Below, piece after piece: positions 1 through 13,865 of a DNA stretch of 64,000 nucleotides. The position numbers were made by a program, and so were the translations under genes. The notes below the pieces were generated by a model that made no database searches, had not been told where the DNA came from, and saw only the letters and a program-made list of their open reading frames with translations. Source of the stretch: Heptranchias perlo (taxonomy: Eukaryota); the NCBI RefSeq assembly GCF_035084215.1, contig NC_090358.1:15686001-15750000 (forward strand), read 5' to 3'. Within the stretch, counting starts at the first letter, position 1; each line of letters opens with the position of its first letter.

Positions 1-360
1 ACATTAGTGCCAGGCAGTGACCAGTGCCAACAAGATTGGGCCCAATCACCTCCCCTGACCTTCAACAGCACTGTCATCACTGAGTCCCCCACTATCAACA
101 TTCTGGGGGTCACCATTGGGCAGAAGCTAAACTGGACCAGCCATATCAACATCATGGCTACAAGAGCAGGGCAGAGGCAGGGCACTCTGACAAATGGCTC
201 ACCTCCTGACCATTTGGTTCTTCTCCACCATCTACAAGGCTCAAGTCAGGAGTACGATGGAATACTTACCACTCGCTTAGCTGGGTGCAAACACAACTAT
301 TCTCGAAGTTTGACACAAAGCAGCCACTGAAGTCAATATTTACCACTTCCACCATCACTC
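1..360 (+). mobile_element. Degenerate fragment of LINE family B (APE/RT non-LTR element, CR1/L2-group; clade uncertain)
   Basis: PLTFNSTVITESPTINILGVTIGQKLNWTSHINIMATRAGQR matches the copy at 53575-54420. Confidence 0.85.
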
Positions 361-549
361 ACGTCCTGAGAACAAATAAAAAAAATGTATTCTATATTTG
401 TGCGTCAAAATGCTTTACGGTATTCAAAAGATGGCATTCTTGTGTTGGCACAAATTTCACAGCACTTAGCACTGTTAGTAAAGTAGCAAATTCAAGCAAT
501 AGAAAAATTTTGGATTATGGCAGATGCTTCTGATTACTTTTTTTTTTAA

Positions 550-878
550 CCTGTGGGACAATGTTGGAAAGGCAACATTTACTGCACATCCCTAGTTGCC
601 ATGAAAAGGTGATGGACCTTTTCTGAGCAATTGTTTTTACAATGGAATGACTTACTATGCCATTTCAGAGTCAGCCATGTAGTGTGAGACTAGTCACATT
701 TAGGTCAGAGTAGGTAGGGGTGGCATGTGACAGAAGAAAGCTTATTAGTGATAGTTGGCTTTCTGTGATCCATTTTCTGGTAGCAGTCCTCAAATTGCAA
801 GATTTATTGAATTAATGGTGGGATTTGAATTCACGATCTCTGGGTTGCTGGGCCAGCGTCATAACCACTGTACTTCTG
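550..878 (-). mobile_element. Old tRNA-headed SINE sharing its 3' tail with LINE family B
   Basis: tRNA-like head with a B-box-like segment near 820-878 on -; tail GCAACTAGGGATG...CCCAC resembles the LINE-B 3' end. Confidence 0.55.
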
Positions 879-965
879 TACCCAATTTGTAATTGAAAAA
901 TAAGTAGTTAAATTTGGGACCAAAATAGTTACTAGTTCCTGGCCTTCAGAACAAAAAATATTTTG

Positions 966-3900
966 TCCTGTGTCCTGGGCAACCACAAGTGTAGGAAGTG
1001 TCGTCAGCTGGAGGAGCTTGAGCTCCGGATTTCGGAGCTTGAGCAACAGGTGGCGTCACTGCAGTGTATTTGAGAGGTTGAGAGCTATGTGGGTAGCACG
1101 TTTCAGGAGGTGGTCCCCCCCCGCAGCTTAAGAGTGCAGGAAGAGAGGGACTGGGTGACCGCCAGACACGACGAGGAGGAGCAGGCAGGTAGTGTAGGAG
1201 TCCCCTGAGGGCATCTCACACTCCAACCAGTATTCAGTTATGAATACTGGTGAGGGAGAGGGTTCCTCTGCGGAGTGTAGCCAGAGCCAAGACCATAGCA
1301 TCATGGCTGGCCCAGCTTGCATGGGTTGGGGGGGGGGAGAAAGAGAAAGATCTGGAGAGCAATAGTCATAGGGGATTCCATAGTTAGGGGAGCAGACAGA
1401 TGTTTCTGCGACCGCAAACGTGATTCCAGGACGGTATGTCGTCTCCTGGTGCCAGGGTCAAGGATGTCACTGAGCGGCTGCAGGACATTCTGTTTGGGGC
1501 AGGGTGAACGGCCAGAGGTGGTGGTCCATATCAGTACCAACGGTGTAGGTAGAAAGGGGGATGAGGCTCTGCAGGCAGAGCTTAAGGAGTTAGGAAAGAG
1601 ATTAACAAGCAGGACCTCAAGGATAGTTATCTCCAGATTACCCCCAGTGCCACATGCTAGTGAATATAGAAATAGGAGGATAGAGTAGATGAATGCATGG
1701 CTGGAGAGATGGTGTAGGAGGGAGAGCTTTAGATTCCTGGGGCATTGGGACCGATTCTGGGGGAGGTGGGACCTGTACAAGCCAGACGGGTTGCACCTCG
1801 ACAGGGCCGGGGACCAATATCCTTGCGGGGAGGTTTGCTAGTGCTGTTGGGGAGGGTTTAAACTAACTTGGCAGGGGGATGGGAACCTGAGAGGATATTC
1901 AGAAGGGAAAGTAACAAAGCTGGAAGTGGAAGGCAGAAAAGTAGTAAGTGAAATTGAAAGGCAGTGGAAACAAAGGCCAGCAGCAAATAAGGTCAAAATA
2001 GGAAAAAATTTTAAAAAGGCAAAATTAAAGGCACTTTATCTGAATGCATGCAGCATTCGCAACAAGGTAGATGAATTGACGGTACAAATAGAAGTCAATG
2101 GGTATGATCTAATTGCCATTACGGAGACGTGGCTGCAGGGTGATCAAGGCTGGGAACTGAATATTCAAGGATATTCAACATCTAGGAAGGACAGGCGAAA
2201 AGGAGGTGGGGTAGTGCTGTTAATAAAGGATGAGAACAGTACAATAGTGAGAGAGGATCTTGGCTCAGAAAAGCAAGATGTAGAATCAATTTGGGTGGAG
2301 CTAAGAAACAGCAAGGGACAGAGTTGTTTATAGGCCAACAAACAGTGGTAATGTAGGGCACGGTATAAAGCAGGAAACTAGGAGTGCATGTAACAAGGGT
2401 AATTATGGGGGACGTTAATCTACATAGAGATTGGGCAAACCAAATTAGCATTAATACTGTGGAGGATGAATTCCTGGAATGTATACAAGATGGTTTTCCA
2501 GATCAGTATGATAAGGAACCATTTAGATCTAGTATTGTGCAATGAGGAAGGGTTAATTAATCTTGTTGCAAAGGACCCCTTAGGGAAGAGTGACCATAAT
2601 ATGAAAGAATTCTTTATTAAGTTTGAAAGTGATGTAGTTCAATCTGAAACTGGGGTCTTAAATCTAAACAAAGCAAGCTACGAAGATATGAGGCGCAAGT
2701 TGGCTGTGGTTGATTGGGGAACTACATTAGAAGGTATGATGGTAGACAGGCAATGGCTAGCACTTAAAGCATTAATACATAATTTGTAACATATATATTC
2801 CTTTAAGGCACAAAAACCCAACAGGAAAAGTGGTCCAACCGTGGCTAACAAGAGAAATTAAAGATAGTATTAAATCAAAGGAAAAGGCATATAAAGTTGC
2901 CAGAAAGAGCATTAGGCCTGAGGATTGGGAGCATTTTAGAATTCAGCAAAGGAGGACCACGAAATTGATGATGAAAGGGAAATTAGAATATGAGAGTAAA
3001 GTAGCGAGAAACATAAAAATGGACTGTAAAAGCTTCTATAGGTATGTAAAAAGGAAAAGACTGGCGAAGGTTCATGTGGATCCCTTACAGACAGACGGGA
3101 GAATTCATAATGGGGAATAAGGAAATGGCAGAGAAATTAAACAAATACTTTGTGTCTGTCTTCACGGAAGAGGACACAAAAAACCTCCCAAAAATACTAG
3201 AGACCCAAGGGTCTGGCGAGAATGAGGAACTGAAAGAAATTAGTATTAGTTTAAAAAAAATAGTACTAGAGAAATTAATGGAACTGAATGTCAATAAATC
3301 CCAAGGACCTGCTGATCTACGTCCCAGGGTTTTGAAAGAGGTGGCTATAGAGATAGTGGATGCATTAGTTGTCGTCTTCCAAAATTCTATAGAGTCTGGA
3401 ATGGTTCCTGCAGATTGGAGGATAGCAAATGTAACTCCACTAATTAAGAAAGGAGGGAGAGAGAAAACAGGGAACTACAGACCTGTTAGCCTGACATCAG
3501 TTGTAGGGAAAATACTAGAATCTATTATAAAGGATGTGATAACAGGACACTTAAAAAAATAATAATAGGATTTGGCAGAGTCAGCATGGATTTATGAAAG
3601 GGAAATCATGTTTGGCAAACCTATTGGAGTTCTTTGAGGATGTAACTAGTAGAATAGATAAGGGGGAACCTGTGGATGTGGTGTATTTGTACTTTTAGAA
3701 GGCTTTTGATAAGGTCCCACACAGGAGGTTGGTGAACGAAGTTACAGCACATGGAATTGGGGTAATATACTGGCATGGATTGAGAATTGGTTAACAGACA
3801 GAAAACAGAGTGTAGGAATAAATGGGTCTTTTTCAGGTTGGCAGACTGTGACTAGTGGGGTACTGTAGGGATCAGTGCTTGGGCCACAGCTATTCACAAT

Positions 3901-4860
3901 ATATATCAATGATTTGGATGAGGGAACCAAATGTAATATTTACAAGTTTGCTGATGACACACAACTAGGTGAGAATGTGACTTGTGAGGAGGATGCAGAG
4001 TGGTTTCAAGGGGATATAGACAGGCTAAGTGAGTGGGCAAGAACATGGCAGATGGAATATAATGTGGAAAAATGTGAAGTTATCCACTTTGGTAGGAAAA
4101 TCAGAAATGCACAGTTTTTTAAATGATGAGAGATTGAGAAATATTGATGTTCAAAGAGACCTGGGTGTCCTTGTACATGAGTCAATGAAAACTAACATGC
4201 AGGTGCAGCAAGCAATTCGGAAGGCAAATGACCTTTATTACAAGAGGATTAGAGTACAGGAGTAAAGATGTCTTACTGCAATGATATAGGGCCTCAGTGA
4301 GACTGCATCTAGAGTATTGTGTACAATTTTGGTCTCCTTACCTAAGAGAGGATATATTTGCCATAGAGGGAGTGCAACAAAGGTTCACCAGACTGATTCC
4401 TGGGATGGTGGGATTGTCATATAGGGAGAGATTGAGTCAAGTGGGCCTGTATATTCTCGAGTTTAGAAGAATGAGAGGTGATCTCATTGCAACATACAAA
4501 ATTCTTACAGGGCTCGACAGGGTAGATGCAAGGAGGATGTTTCCCCTGTCTAGGGAGTCGCGAACCAAGGGTCACAGTCTCAGAATAAGGGGTGGACCAT
4601 TTAGGATTGAGATGACGAGAAATTTCTTCACTCGGAGGGCGGCAAATCTTTGGAATTCTCTACCCCAGAGGGCTGTGGAGGCTCAGTCATTGAGTACATT
4701 CAAAACAGAGGTCGATAGATTTCTAGATATTAAAGGCATCAAGGGATGTGGGGATAGTGCAGGAAAATGGCTTTGAGGTAGATGATCAGCCATAATCTTG
4801 TTGAATGGCGGAGCAGGCTCGAGGGGCTGGATGGCCTACTACTGCTCCTATTTCTTAAGT
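966..4860 (+). mobile_element. Near full-length decayed CR1 LINE (ORF1 SGNH esterase; ORF2 APE endonuclease + RT)
   Basis: ORF1 IVIGDSIVRG...DGLHL with a CRKC/coiled-coil N-terminus; ORF2 LNACSIRNK, ITETWL, GNYRPVSLTS, KFADDT, LEYCVQFWSP; frameshifts and stops; CR1 tail; possible 7-bp TSD TATTTTG at 959-965 and 4861-4867. Confidence 0.95.
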
Positions 4861-7292
4861 TATTTTGAACATTTTTTGTTCCAAAAGGTTATTGCTGCAG
4901 ATATCTGCAAACTTTTCAAGATTTTTTAAAAATGTTTTTTTTTCATATTCATATATTCTATTGCTTTCACTTGGGGGTCACTAAATTAGGTAGGCTAACA
5001 ATTAAGCGAACTGGGAGGAACTGTTGAATTTTTTAGAAAAATTCCAGAGGCAAATAGATGTGCAGTGTATTGTAGTGGATTTGCTTAGGGTCCATAATGC
5101 ATATATTATACATAGTGCATGCAAGATTTTAATATGTCATGATATTAGTCAACCTGATATCACAATCTTGGAGAGAAATATTCCAATTGAGTATGGAGAC
5201 CCTGGAGCTTTAAGTGTTTAGCTTTCAAATAATCCATGTACTTGTCCTAATAAGTATAGTGACCTGCCAAAAGTTCAAAATTACAATTTGAATCAAGGCA
5301 TAAAAAAGGAATCTATTTTAGCTTCTAAGGGAGTAATATTCAAAGCCTTTATACATGAGGGCAGTGTTTAAATTTTTGCTAAGAGTTTTTTTTGGCAATA
5401 TTGTGGAAGAATGGATTGTGTAATCTGCTTTAATTTTTAAATTTAGCAAATATATTACTGCAAAAATATATATTTTTTGTTGTATGTGTACCATGGTTAA
5501 GGTACTAGGCTCTTATTAACTTTACAATTGAAACGAAGTATGTGTGTCCTGGAAACTAATTTCATTGCTTTCTTTTCCTGTCGTACTTCCTTTCGCACTG
5601 AGAAGCCTTTCCTCATTTGTCGTCTTATTTTACTGCGCTGTGCAGCCTAAATGCATTACTTATAATTATACCCATTCTATAGTATATCTTCCAAATTTTT
5701 CTTGCAACACATTTTTAAAAAATAACAAAACTTACATTCTCTAGTTACTTCCTTTTTAGCTATTTCACCTTGTCTGAATTATATACCATTTTAAACAGGG
5801 GTAAAATGCAAAAAGCTGCTGCTTAGGATTTATCAAATGTATATAAATGACCGTTGTTCATTTTAGGTCTCCGGCTTTTTTACGTGTGTCCTTTCAGCCC
5901 GCATGTTAGAATTAGTCTATATGCTGTGTCTTGGGCATTAATAGGTTCTATACGGAGCAAAGTCCCCTGATGTAAAACTTACAGGAAGTCATGAAATGAG
6001 TCCAGAAGAAATTGAGTTAACTCTACTGCCTAGATTATTCAATCCTGACCAATTGCATTCCACAAACATGGGAGATTTTCATACACTAATTTGTATGCTC
6101 AATGTGATGAATGGTGCTACAGAATGCAACACTTAACTTCTAGGCCCTATTTGGCACTCCTGGGTCAAGTTTAGTACAGATTCAACACTAAAGCTCTTTT
6201 TTCACACTTTGTATAATTGTATTTTAACCCCAATCTGAGTGCCTCCTACCTAACCAATGTGATGTTTCAGTGGTGTGTTTACCACACACTAAGATTGGGT
6301 TTGCTTTGGGGGCGCTGTTATCTCCTTGATGGCAACATAAAAGGAAAGCACGCTTACTTACTAAGGTGGCCATGATTTCTGTTTAACCCAGCAAAAACTA
6401 TTTTGATTCACAGGCCTGTGCAGATTTTTCCAGCCATTTGGGACTGTAAGGTGGCCAGATATGTAATCCTGAATCATGACTTAAACAACAAAGTTTGCAG
6501 ATTTGTAATTATGATGAGAGGTCTGTGGAATCATCCCTGCAATATAAGCAAGGCTTTTTTGGCACCTGAGACCTGGAACAGTATTGGATAATCTCTTCCT
6601 AAAATGGTTCTGTAATGTAAATGCATTGAGAGAAATTGCCAGCTGATGCTGTATTATGTGCAGTTTATGCTGTTCATGAATACTCCAGGCACTGGGTTAA
6701 AATGATGAGTAAAATGGATTTGAACAATTGATTTAGATCCAAATCTAGGGTCCAGAGGCAAAAGGACAATACTGTAACTTGCTGCACTAACCAGTGGTTA
6801 AGTCTTGTGTTGTTTATACTCAAGTGTAGCCTGGAGTATTCCTTGAAATGCAACTCCTAGTGTGCTAATTGCAGATTCTGCAAAGGGAAAGTCAGAATTA
6901 ATGAATTTTTGTGGGCTATTGACCATTTATATGCAAGGCATGCAAGTTAAATGAAGTGCGAAACTTTGCATAATGCTGCCAAGAAAGTCCCTCTAATTAT
7001 GCCGCCAGTCATCAATTATGTCTGTTTGGCTGATCAAACCAAAGGATATGTGAAGATATACTGTCTTAAAAGTTTGATAAAATCTGTAACATTGGTTTCT
7101 AGCACACTTATTTACTGTGTTTTGTACTGGATTTATTATTGGAACAAAGCTTTCATTATGGAATATTTGGTCACTTATCAACCATAGGCTTATACAGTTA
7201 TTCCTCTTGAGAAGAGAAGGAAGAGTTGTAAAACTTAAGTGGTGAAGTTCTGAATAACCACAGACAAATTGCCATACAGTATAACCAAGTCA

Positions 7293-8165
7293 GTTACTGC
7301 TTTAATTTGGTCAGTTCTCAAAGGATAATAACTTCAAATTAATACAATTCACCATTAGTTGCTGGGGACAAGAGTCAAAATATTTTATGACACTTGGTGC
7401 TGTTCAGTCATGCATCGACACCAGAGCAATTTGTACAAACATGCAACATAGTCATAATGTTTAAAATGATTCTTCCAAAGATGGCACCATGATTGCATCA
7501 AATTGTAATCTGCCTAGCTGAGATCACACTAAGTCATTTTAAAGTTGTTTATACTCCCTTGGAATAGATTTTAAGATTGTAATAAAACTTACCTCTGTCA
7601 TGATCTGTGAATTAGCATACAATAATTGGACTTGTTAAGTATTGCTAGAGTTTACAATGCAGTGACTGTTCCCTTATGCATTGGAAGACATGAACTGCAT
7701 AGCTGTGCAATGTAATTCAGAGAGGCCTAAAATTTTGTACTAGGGGTTAGTTGGATATGTGGCTGAACAGTACAAGTAAAAATCTGTGACAAAAACTAGA
7801 GTTTTATTTTGTCCTGTTGGTTGTGTCCAGACAGAATTATTTCATCTTTTCTGGGAAAGACCTATGCGTTATCTGTGGTTCCAATTTGCTGCTTTCCAAT
7901 ATCACTGCTTTACATAGGGCAGTAATTGATTAAAACATAAAAATGTGCACAGACCGGAAGTGGAGATACTGCCATCTTTGGAAGAATAATTTTAAACATT
8001 ATGACTATGCAGCATATTTGTACAAATTGCTTTGGTGTCGATGCATGACTGAACAGCGCCAAGTGTTATAAAATATTTTTGACTCTTGTCCCCAGCAACT
8101 GATGGTGAATTGTATTCATTTGAAGTTGTTATCCTTTGAGAACTGACCCAAATTAAAGCAGTAAC
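7293..8165. repeat. ~195-bp inverted repeat (7293-7486 and 7970-8165), about 94% identical
   Basis: Manual alignment: 10 substitutions and 2 single-base indels; spacer about 483 bp. Confidence 0.93.
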
Positions 8166-8829
8166 ATATAGGATACAGACCTGTTCGTTCTTGAAAGTTT
8201 CAGATCTGCTAAGTGTTGTTTCTCTTGTGTCCAATTGTTTTATGGTTTCAAGTGCTAGCCCAGGAGCTAACTTGTGAAAAGTGACTGAAGGTCTGAGGGA
8301 TGATATGGGTCAAGAAATGTGGACAAGAACAATATTGTTATACTATCACAAAGTGGATTCAGTAAGTAATTACACACAATATTTAGGTCAGAGCTTGCCT
8401 GGACCAAAACTGACACATGTGCACAGCATATATGGATCAAAAAAATTAACTGACCAGGCCATTTAAAAAAAAAATTGTTTTAAAGTAGTTATGGAAATTA
8501 TGCATGTATTAATTTATGCACTGATGAAACCTTTATAGGGTAATAGACATTTGGCCAAACATTTAGTCATCACATTTGCTGTCATTTATTTAGAATCAAA
8601 GGGTTAAAGTGACACTAGCCAGAATAATTCTGACTGATGCCTCAATCCATTTAGTTACCCAGATGAAACTAATACAGAATCTCACTGACCTCACCCCTAC
8701 TGTACTACATCAACTGAGGTAGCAGATCATCATCTGAGATGCTATAGCCTTGGAGAAGTTGCCAGGGGAAAATTCACACAGACTATGGCAAATACTGTTA
8801 GTTTCTTGATCCTTTACCTAAGTTGAAAG

Positions 8830-8940
8830 TAAAGGCAAGGTGACTGCAAATGCTGGAAATCTGAAATTAAAACAGAAAATGCTATTAAAACACAGCAAGT
8901 CAGTCAGCCTCTGAAAAGATGGGTCAGTTCAGGTTGATTT
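8830..8940. mobile_element. Degenerate Penelope-like terminal repeat fragment (family P2)
   Basis: TGCTGGAAATCTGAAATTAAAACAGAAAATGCT matches the copies at 18848, 32586 and 37354. Confidence 0.6.
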
Positions 8941-9677
8941 TCGAACAACATCCATTATGACCACAGCCTGTACCTGCAATGGCATAACTGTTATCCAGAT
9001 GTTAAGCTCCAATACAAAGACTTTTGGTGAACGAGCTGATGTGTCACTGCATCACAGATGCATTAAATAATCAAGTATGTAAAAAGAGCTTGCATAGTCT
9101 TCATCCACAATAGCAAAGAGAGTTCATTAAGACAAGGCAGTCAAATGTTCTGGGAGGAATGGTTTTAAATTACCATGCTTGGAGGTCAAAGTCTGAGTGC
9201 ACAAGTGCCCAAGTAATTGGTAAAGTATAACAACAAAGCAGGTCTTGCAGATTTTTTCAGAACATTATTGTAGAAGAGCTAAATTATGCTCCTGCCACCT
9301 TGACAGCTAGTAATGGTAGTGGCTTCCTGATTGTTTCAGCCAAAATTCCAATCTCTCAATTCACTGAAGTAACTATCTTGCACCCGTGAGGAGGCAGCCA
9401 TGAATACAATTCTTCACCTGAAGGTCATCCAAGATTAGTAACCAACTTTCTAGATGCAGTCATCTTCAAAACAGGCTGAGTAGTCAAAGCTTGACTAGCA
9501 TTGATAGTGCTGCTGAAACTCAAGTAGATGATTCTATTCCGAGCTCCTTTCATTCTGTTTTTATTGTGTGTGATATCTCTCTGCAGCTAATGTACTGTTC
9601 TGCTCTTCATAACTAGTTGGAAATAGATGGACCCTCAAAGTATTGCTATTTTGTGACCTTATGGCACGGTGGAGAAC

Positions 9678-10127
9678 TGACAAAGCAGCCCGTTTGATTG
9701 GCACCCCATCCACCACCCTAAACATTCACTCCCTTCACCCACCGGCGCACAGTGGCTGCAGTGTGTACCATCCACAGAATGCACTGCAGCAACTCGCCAA
9801 AGCTTCTTCGACAGCATCTCCTAAACTCGCGACCTCTACCACCTAGAAGGACAAGAGCAGCAGGCACATGGGAACAACACCACCTGCACGTTCCCCTCCA
9901 AATCACACACCATCCCAACTTGGAAATATATCACCGTTCCTTCATCGTCGCTGGGTCAAAATCCTGGAACTCCCTTCTTAACAGCACTATGGGAGAACCT
10001 TCACCACACGGACTGCAGCGGTTCACGAAGGCGGCTCACCACCACCATCTCAAGGGCAATTAGGGATGAGCAACAAATGCTGGCCTTGCCAGCAACGCCC
10101 ACATCCCATGAACGAATTTTTAAAAAC
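9678..10127 (+). mobile_element. 3' end of LINE family B
   Basis: DKAARLIGTPSTTLNIHSL...; tail GGGCAATTAGGGATG...CCCACATCCCATGAACGAAT. Confidence 0.9.
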
Positions 10128-11814
10128 ATTTACTGTAACTGCTAGTGGTGTCTTGTCCCCATGTGGAAAGTGTTGAAGTTGCAATTCTCCAGCACTTTTA
10201 TAATGTTTAAATAGTTTCTTACCACTATTACATTTATTTGGACCGACATAGACTGCAAAAAAAAAACTTTGGCAAGGAAATCTCCTGGAGGCGAAGAAAA
10301 GGAAATTTGAAAAATCTGTATTTTATGAGTAAAATCTATGCCCACTCATTAAGAATTCCACTGCTGATAAGCTTGGCCATCTGACACAGGTCATACCAAG
10401 ATTCTATGCAATAAATGGATGTGGTGGTACAAGTGCTTTGAGCCACACTAGAATGAAGAAAGCCTGGAAACAGTTACAACATGTTAAGATATATTTATGG
10501 TCCTCTCCTTGTTGACTAAAGCAAAAATGATGTGCCATTGGACAACATTCAGAAGAAAAATGTATCTCAAGTCTTTATTGCCTCTCTGATGCAATTGCTT
10601 CACTCGATAATGTCAAAGCTTTGCTTGATCTGTTCTGTAGGTACAGACTCAAAAATGAACCCTTCCAATTTTAGATGCAATTGATTTGCACATTCAAACA
10701 GCAAATAACTGAACACTTGCAGAAGACAGGAAATGAAGCCCTTCCCATTTTAATATTGTTCAGTTTCCTTTTTAATATCAAATTACAAGGGATGACAAGT
10801 TTTTTTTTGATTGAGAATAACATGATTAGAGTTTTTTTTGAATTCCTCATTTAGAACACATTGTTTTTAGCAAATATAATCTGATCAATAAAACATGTTA
10901 ATTATCTAAATATCAAATCTTTTTAATACATTGCCTGGTAAAATGAAGGAAATTCAGAACCGAGTACATTGTATGATGTGTAGGAATGAACAGAAAATCA
11001 TCCATCCAATCAGTGTACAAGTTTTGAGAGCTCCAGCAGCATACTTTTGTACAGTTGTGATTTATTATTTTTTTTACAATTTTTAAAAAGAATACAAAGA
11101 GGACAAAAGCCATTTTTTTTCCTGATTTTAAGATGGGAGGTTAAGATAACTAGGAGAGGAGTTCTGCAGCTGACAATCTAGGAAACATTTTCAACAGTAA
11201 TTGATTGACCTGGGGACCTATTTGGACCACTTCTCCAAACAGTTCCTGAGCAGTGGCCTTAAGCTGGCCTACCCCATAACAGCAAAACATCTCAACCATG
11301 CTCCAAACAATCTGCAAGGAATGCTATTGATATAATGGAAAGTTCTCCTAAATCAAACTTGGAGCTCATTCATTGTTACTTTATTTACTAAAAACAGGAG
11401 TCATTACAATTAAAGCTTTTAAAATATAAAAATACGTATTGGCTAGTAAGGTAACGAGTCTAATTAGAAATTGATAGAAAATCAGAAAAAAAGTCTTCAG
11501 AAAGGAAATAGAAAATGAAACAAAAATTCTTGGCAATATTTAATAAAGATTGACTAAAATGCTAGTTATGCAGGAGGGAGGGGTGAGGGAGCATTTCATG
11601 GGAGCCGAAGTGGTTTTATTTTGACCCTTAAGTAGGAATTTGTTTCAGTAAAGTCTCTCTCATACCATTTTTGTACCATCAAAGTTTTAGTTTAGTGCCT
11701 GCTAATGAAAATTTATGTGACTCTTCTCATGTTGTTCTTAATGCTAAATAGATTGCTGGAAGCTACGTAATCATGTATGTAAGTGCTTTTTTTCAATTCT
11801 TGGATTTAAACTGT

Positions 11815-11995
11815 GATGTGGAGATGCCGGTGATGGACTGGGGTTGACAATTGTAAACAATTTTACAACACCAAGTTATAGTCCAGCAATTTTATTTTAA
11901 ATTCACAAGCTTTCGGAGGCTACCTCCTTCCTCAGGTGAACGATGTGGAAATAAAATTGCTGGACTATAACTTGGTGTTGTAAAATTGTTTACAA
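11815..11995. mobile_element. Penelope-like palindromic remnant (family P1) with 15-bp TSD
   Basis: Perfect 50-bp inverted arms 11848-11897 and 11949-11998; TSD TTGGATTTAAACTGT at 11800-11814 and 11996-12010; contains a hammerhead core. Confidence 0.8.
11902..11940 (-). ncRNA. Minimal type I hammerhead ribozyme (Penelope-type)
   Basis: UUCAC-CUGAGGA-A-GGAGG-UAG-CCUCC-GAAAGCU-U-GUGAA: 5-bp stem I, CUGANGA core, 5-bp stem II, GAAA, palindromic AGCU stem III. Confidence 0.75.
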
Positions 11996-13139
11996 TTGGA
12001 TTTAAACTGTTTTAGGTGTTGAGTTGAAAACTACCTTTAACTGGCATCTAGAAAAAAAAGCAGCTGTTTGAAGAAATAATTTAGTCAGTATTAAACTCAG
12101 CCACACTCTCCAGCTTTTAAATCGGACTTAAAACAAAAGATCAGTCATCTAAATTGGACAGCTGCTTTAAGACCTAAAACCACACTACAAGACAGATGTA
12201 GGTCAGCCTAAGAATTGTATTGAAATGATTTAAAGGCTAATGTAAATATCCAGGTAAACTCTTCTAGTATCCTTAAATGTTACTGCGCAACATTTATTGG
12301 TTTTAGTGGAAAATGTTGAATGTATAAATACTTCCAGTTCCTGATTGTTCATATTATTGAGATCCGAGTATGAATCTTCTAATGTACTTTATCCAGCAAA
12401 GAAAGTTCAGATAATTACCCCATTTATATTGCAGCATAGTCCCTGGAGGCAGTCGGAGTTGATGAGAAGTAGTCTTCAGCAAGAAACTGCTGAATAGAAG
12501 CAGTCGGTGAATCATTTCCATTGGGTTGAGAATGTAGGGGTGTCATAAATGTTAAGCTGAATGACATTTGTGGGATGGAAAAACACTGGTAGAGAGTACT
12601 CAAATTTCAGAACAAATTGTTTAAGGAAATGACGTTCTCAAATTTGAGCACTGTTTAAATGCATTCTAGCGATAGTGGAAACCCTGGGCGTGCTCTGCTA
12701 TCGATGTCACGTTTTTCAGAAACAGGAAGGGAGTATTCACAAATACTTGTTCTTGTCAAAATATTGAGGCATGTTTATGAAGTCCTTTTTTTTTATTTTG
12801 AGGTGTGCTGTTTTATATTCTGAAAGTTTTTCAAAGTTGACCAATTCTATAAGTGATCCTTAATGCAAGATTGTTAATTTCCAATAGTGTTTTTTGAATT
12901 GTGGTGATATGCTGTGTAGCTACTACTTTATCAGGATGTTGACTGTCATGGACAATTTTTCTGACTCTTCCTCTCAGATGGTTTACTTCAAATTTGAATT
13001 TGAGGGTTTTCTGCTAAATGTTCAAAACATGCCCTGACTTGGATTACATGAGCAAGTTCCTTTCGTCGTTGATGCCTTGTTTTCACAGAAGGCAAATCTG
13101 TAATTCACATTATAAATTAAAGGTTAGACCAGCAAAAAA

Positions 13140-13865
13140 AATCATAGAATCATACAGCACAGAAGGAGGCCATTCAGCCCATAGTATATGTGTCAGCTCT
13201 TTGAAAGAGCTATCCAATTAAGTCCTACTCCCCTGCCCTTTCCCTATAGCCCTGCAACTTTTTCCTTTTCCGGTATATATCCAATTCCCTTTTGAAAGTT
13301 ACTATCGAACCTGTTTCCACCACCCTTTCAGGCAGTGCATTCCAGATCATGACAACTCGCTGCGTTTATAAAAAAAAATTCTTCTTATCTCCCCTCTGGT
13401 TCTTTTGACAATTATCTTAAATCTGTGTCCTCTGGTTGCCAACCCTTCTGCCAGTGGAAACAGAGTAAATAAGGAGAAACTATTAACACCCTTCATGATT
13501 TTGAACACCCCTATTAAATCTCCCTGTAACCTTCTCTGCTCTACGGAGAGCAATCCCAGCTTCTCTAGACTCTCCACATAACTGAAGTTCCTCATCCCTG
13601 GCACCAGTCTAGTAAATCTCCTCTGCACCCTCTCCAAGGCTTTGACATTCTTCCTAAAGTGTGGTGCCCAGAATTGGACAAACACTACTCCAACTGAGGC
13701 TTAACCAGTGAATTATAACTGTTTAGCATAATTTCCTTGCTTTTGTACTCTATGCCTCTATTCATAAAGCCAAGGATCCCATATGTTTTTGTTAACAGCC
13801 GTATCAACTTGTCCTGCCACCTTTTAAAGATTTGTGTATGTGAACCCCAGGTCTCTCTGCATCCC
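13140..13865 (-). mobile_element. 5'-truncated CR1 LINE 3' end (different subfamily)
   Basis: VQFWAPHFRKNVKALERVQRRFTRLVPGMR...; tail ending GTATGATTCTATGAT. Confidence 0.92.

Noticed and set aside
5024-5221. Possible very old RT fragment (LNFLEK...IDVQCIVVDL)
   Set aside because: Too degenerate to support a call by eye
12975-13040. FEFEGFL peptide after an AG as possible ADAM10 exon 4 (GRFEGFI)
   Set aside because: Similarity is limited to 4-5 residues and a stop follows quickly; exon 4 was not found and probably lies upstream of the window
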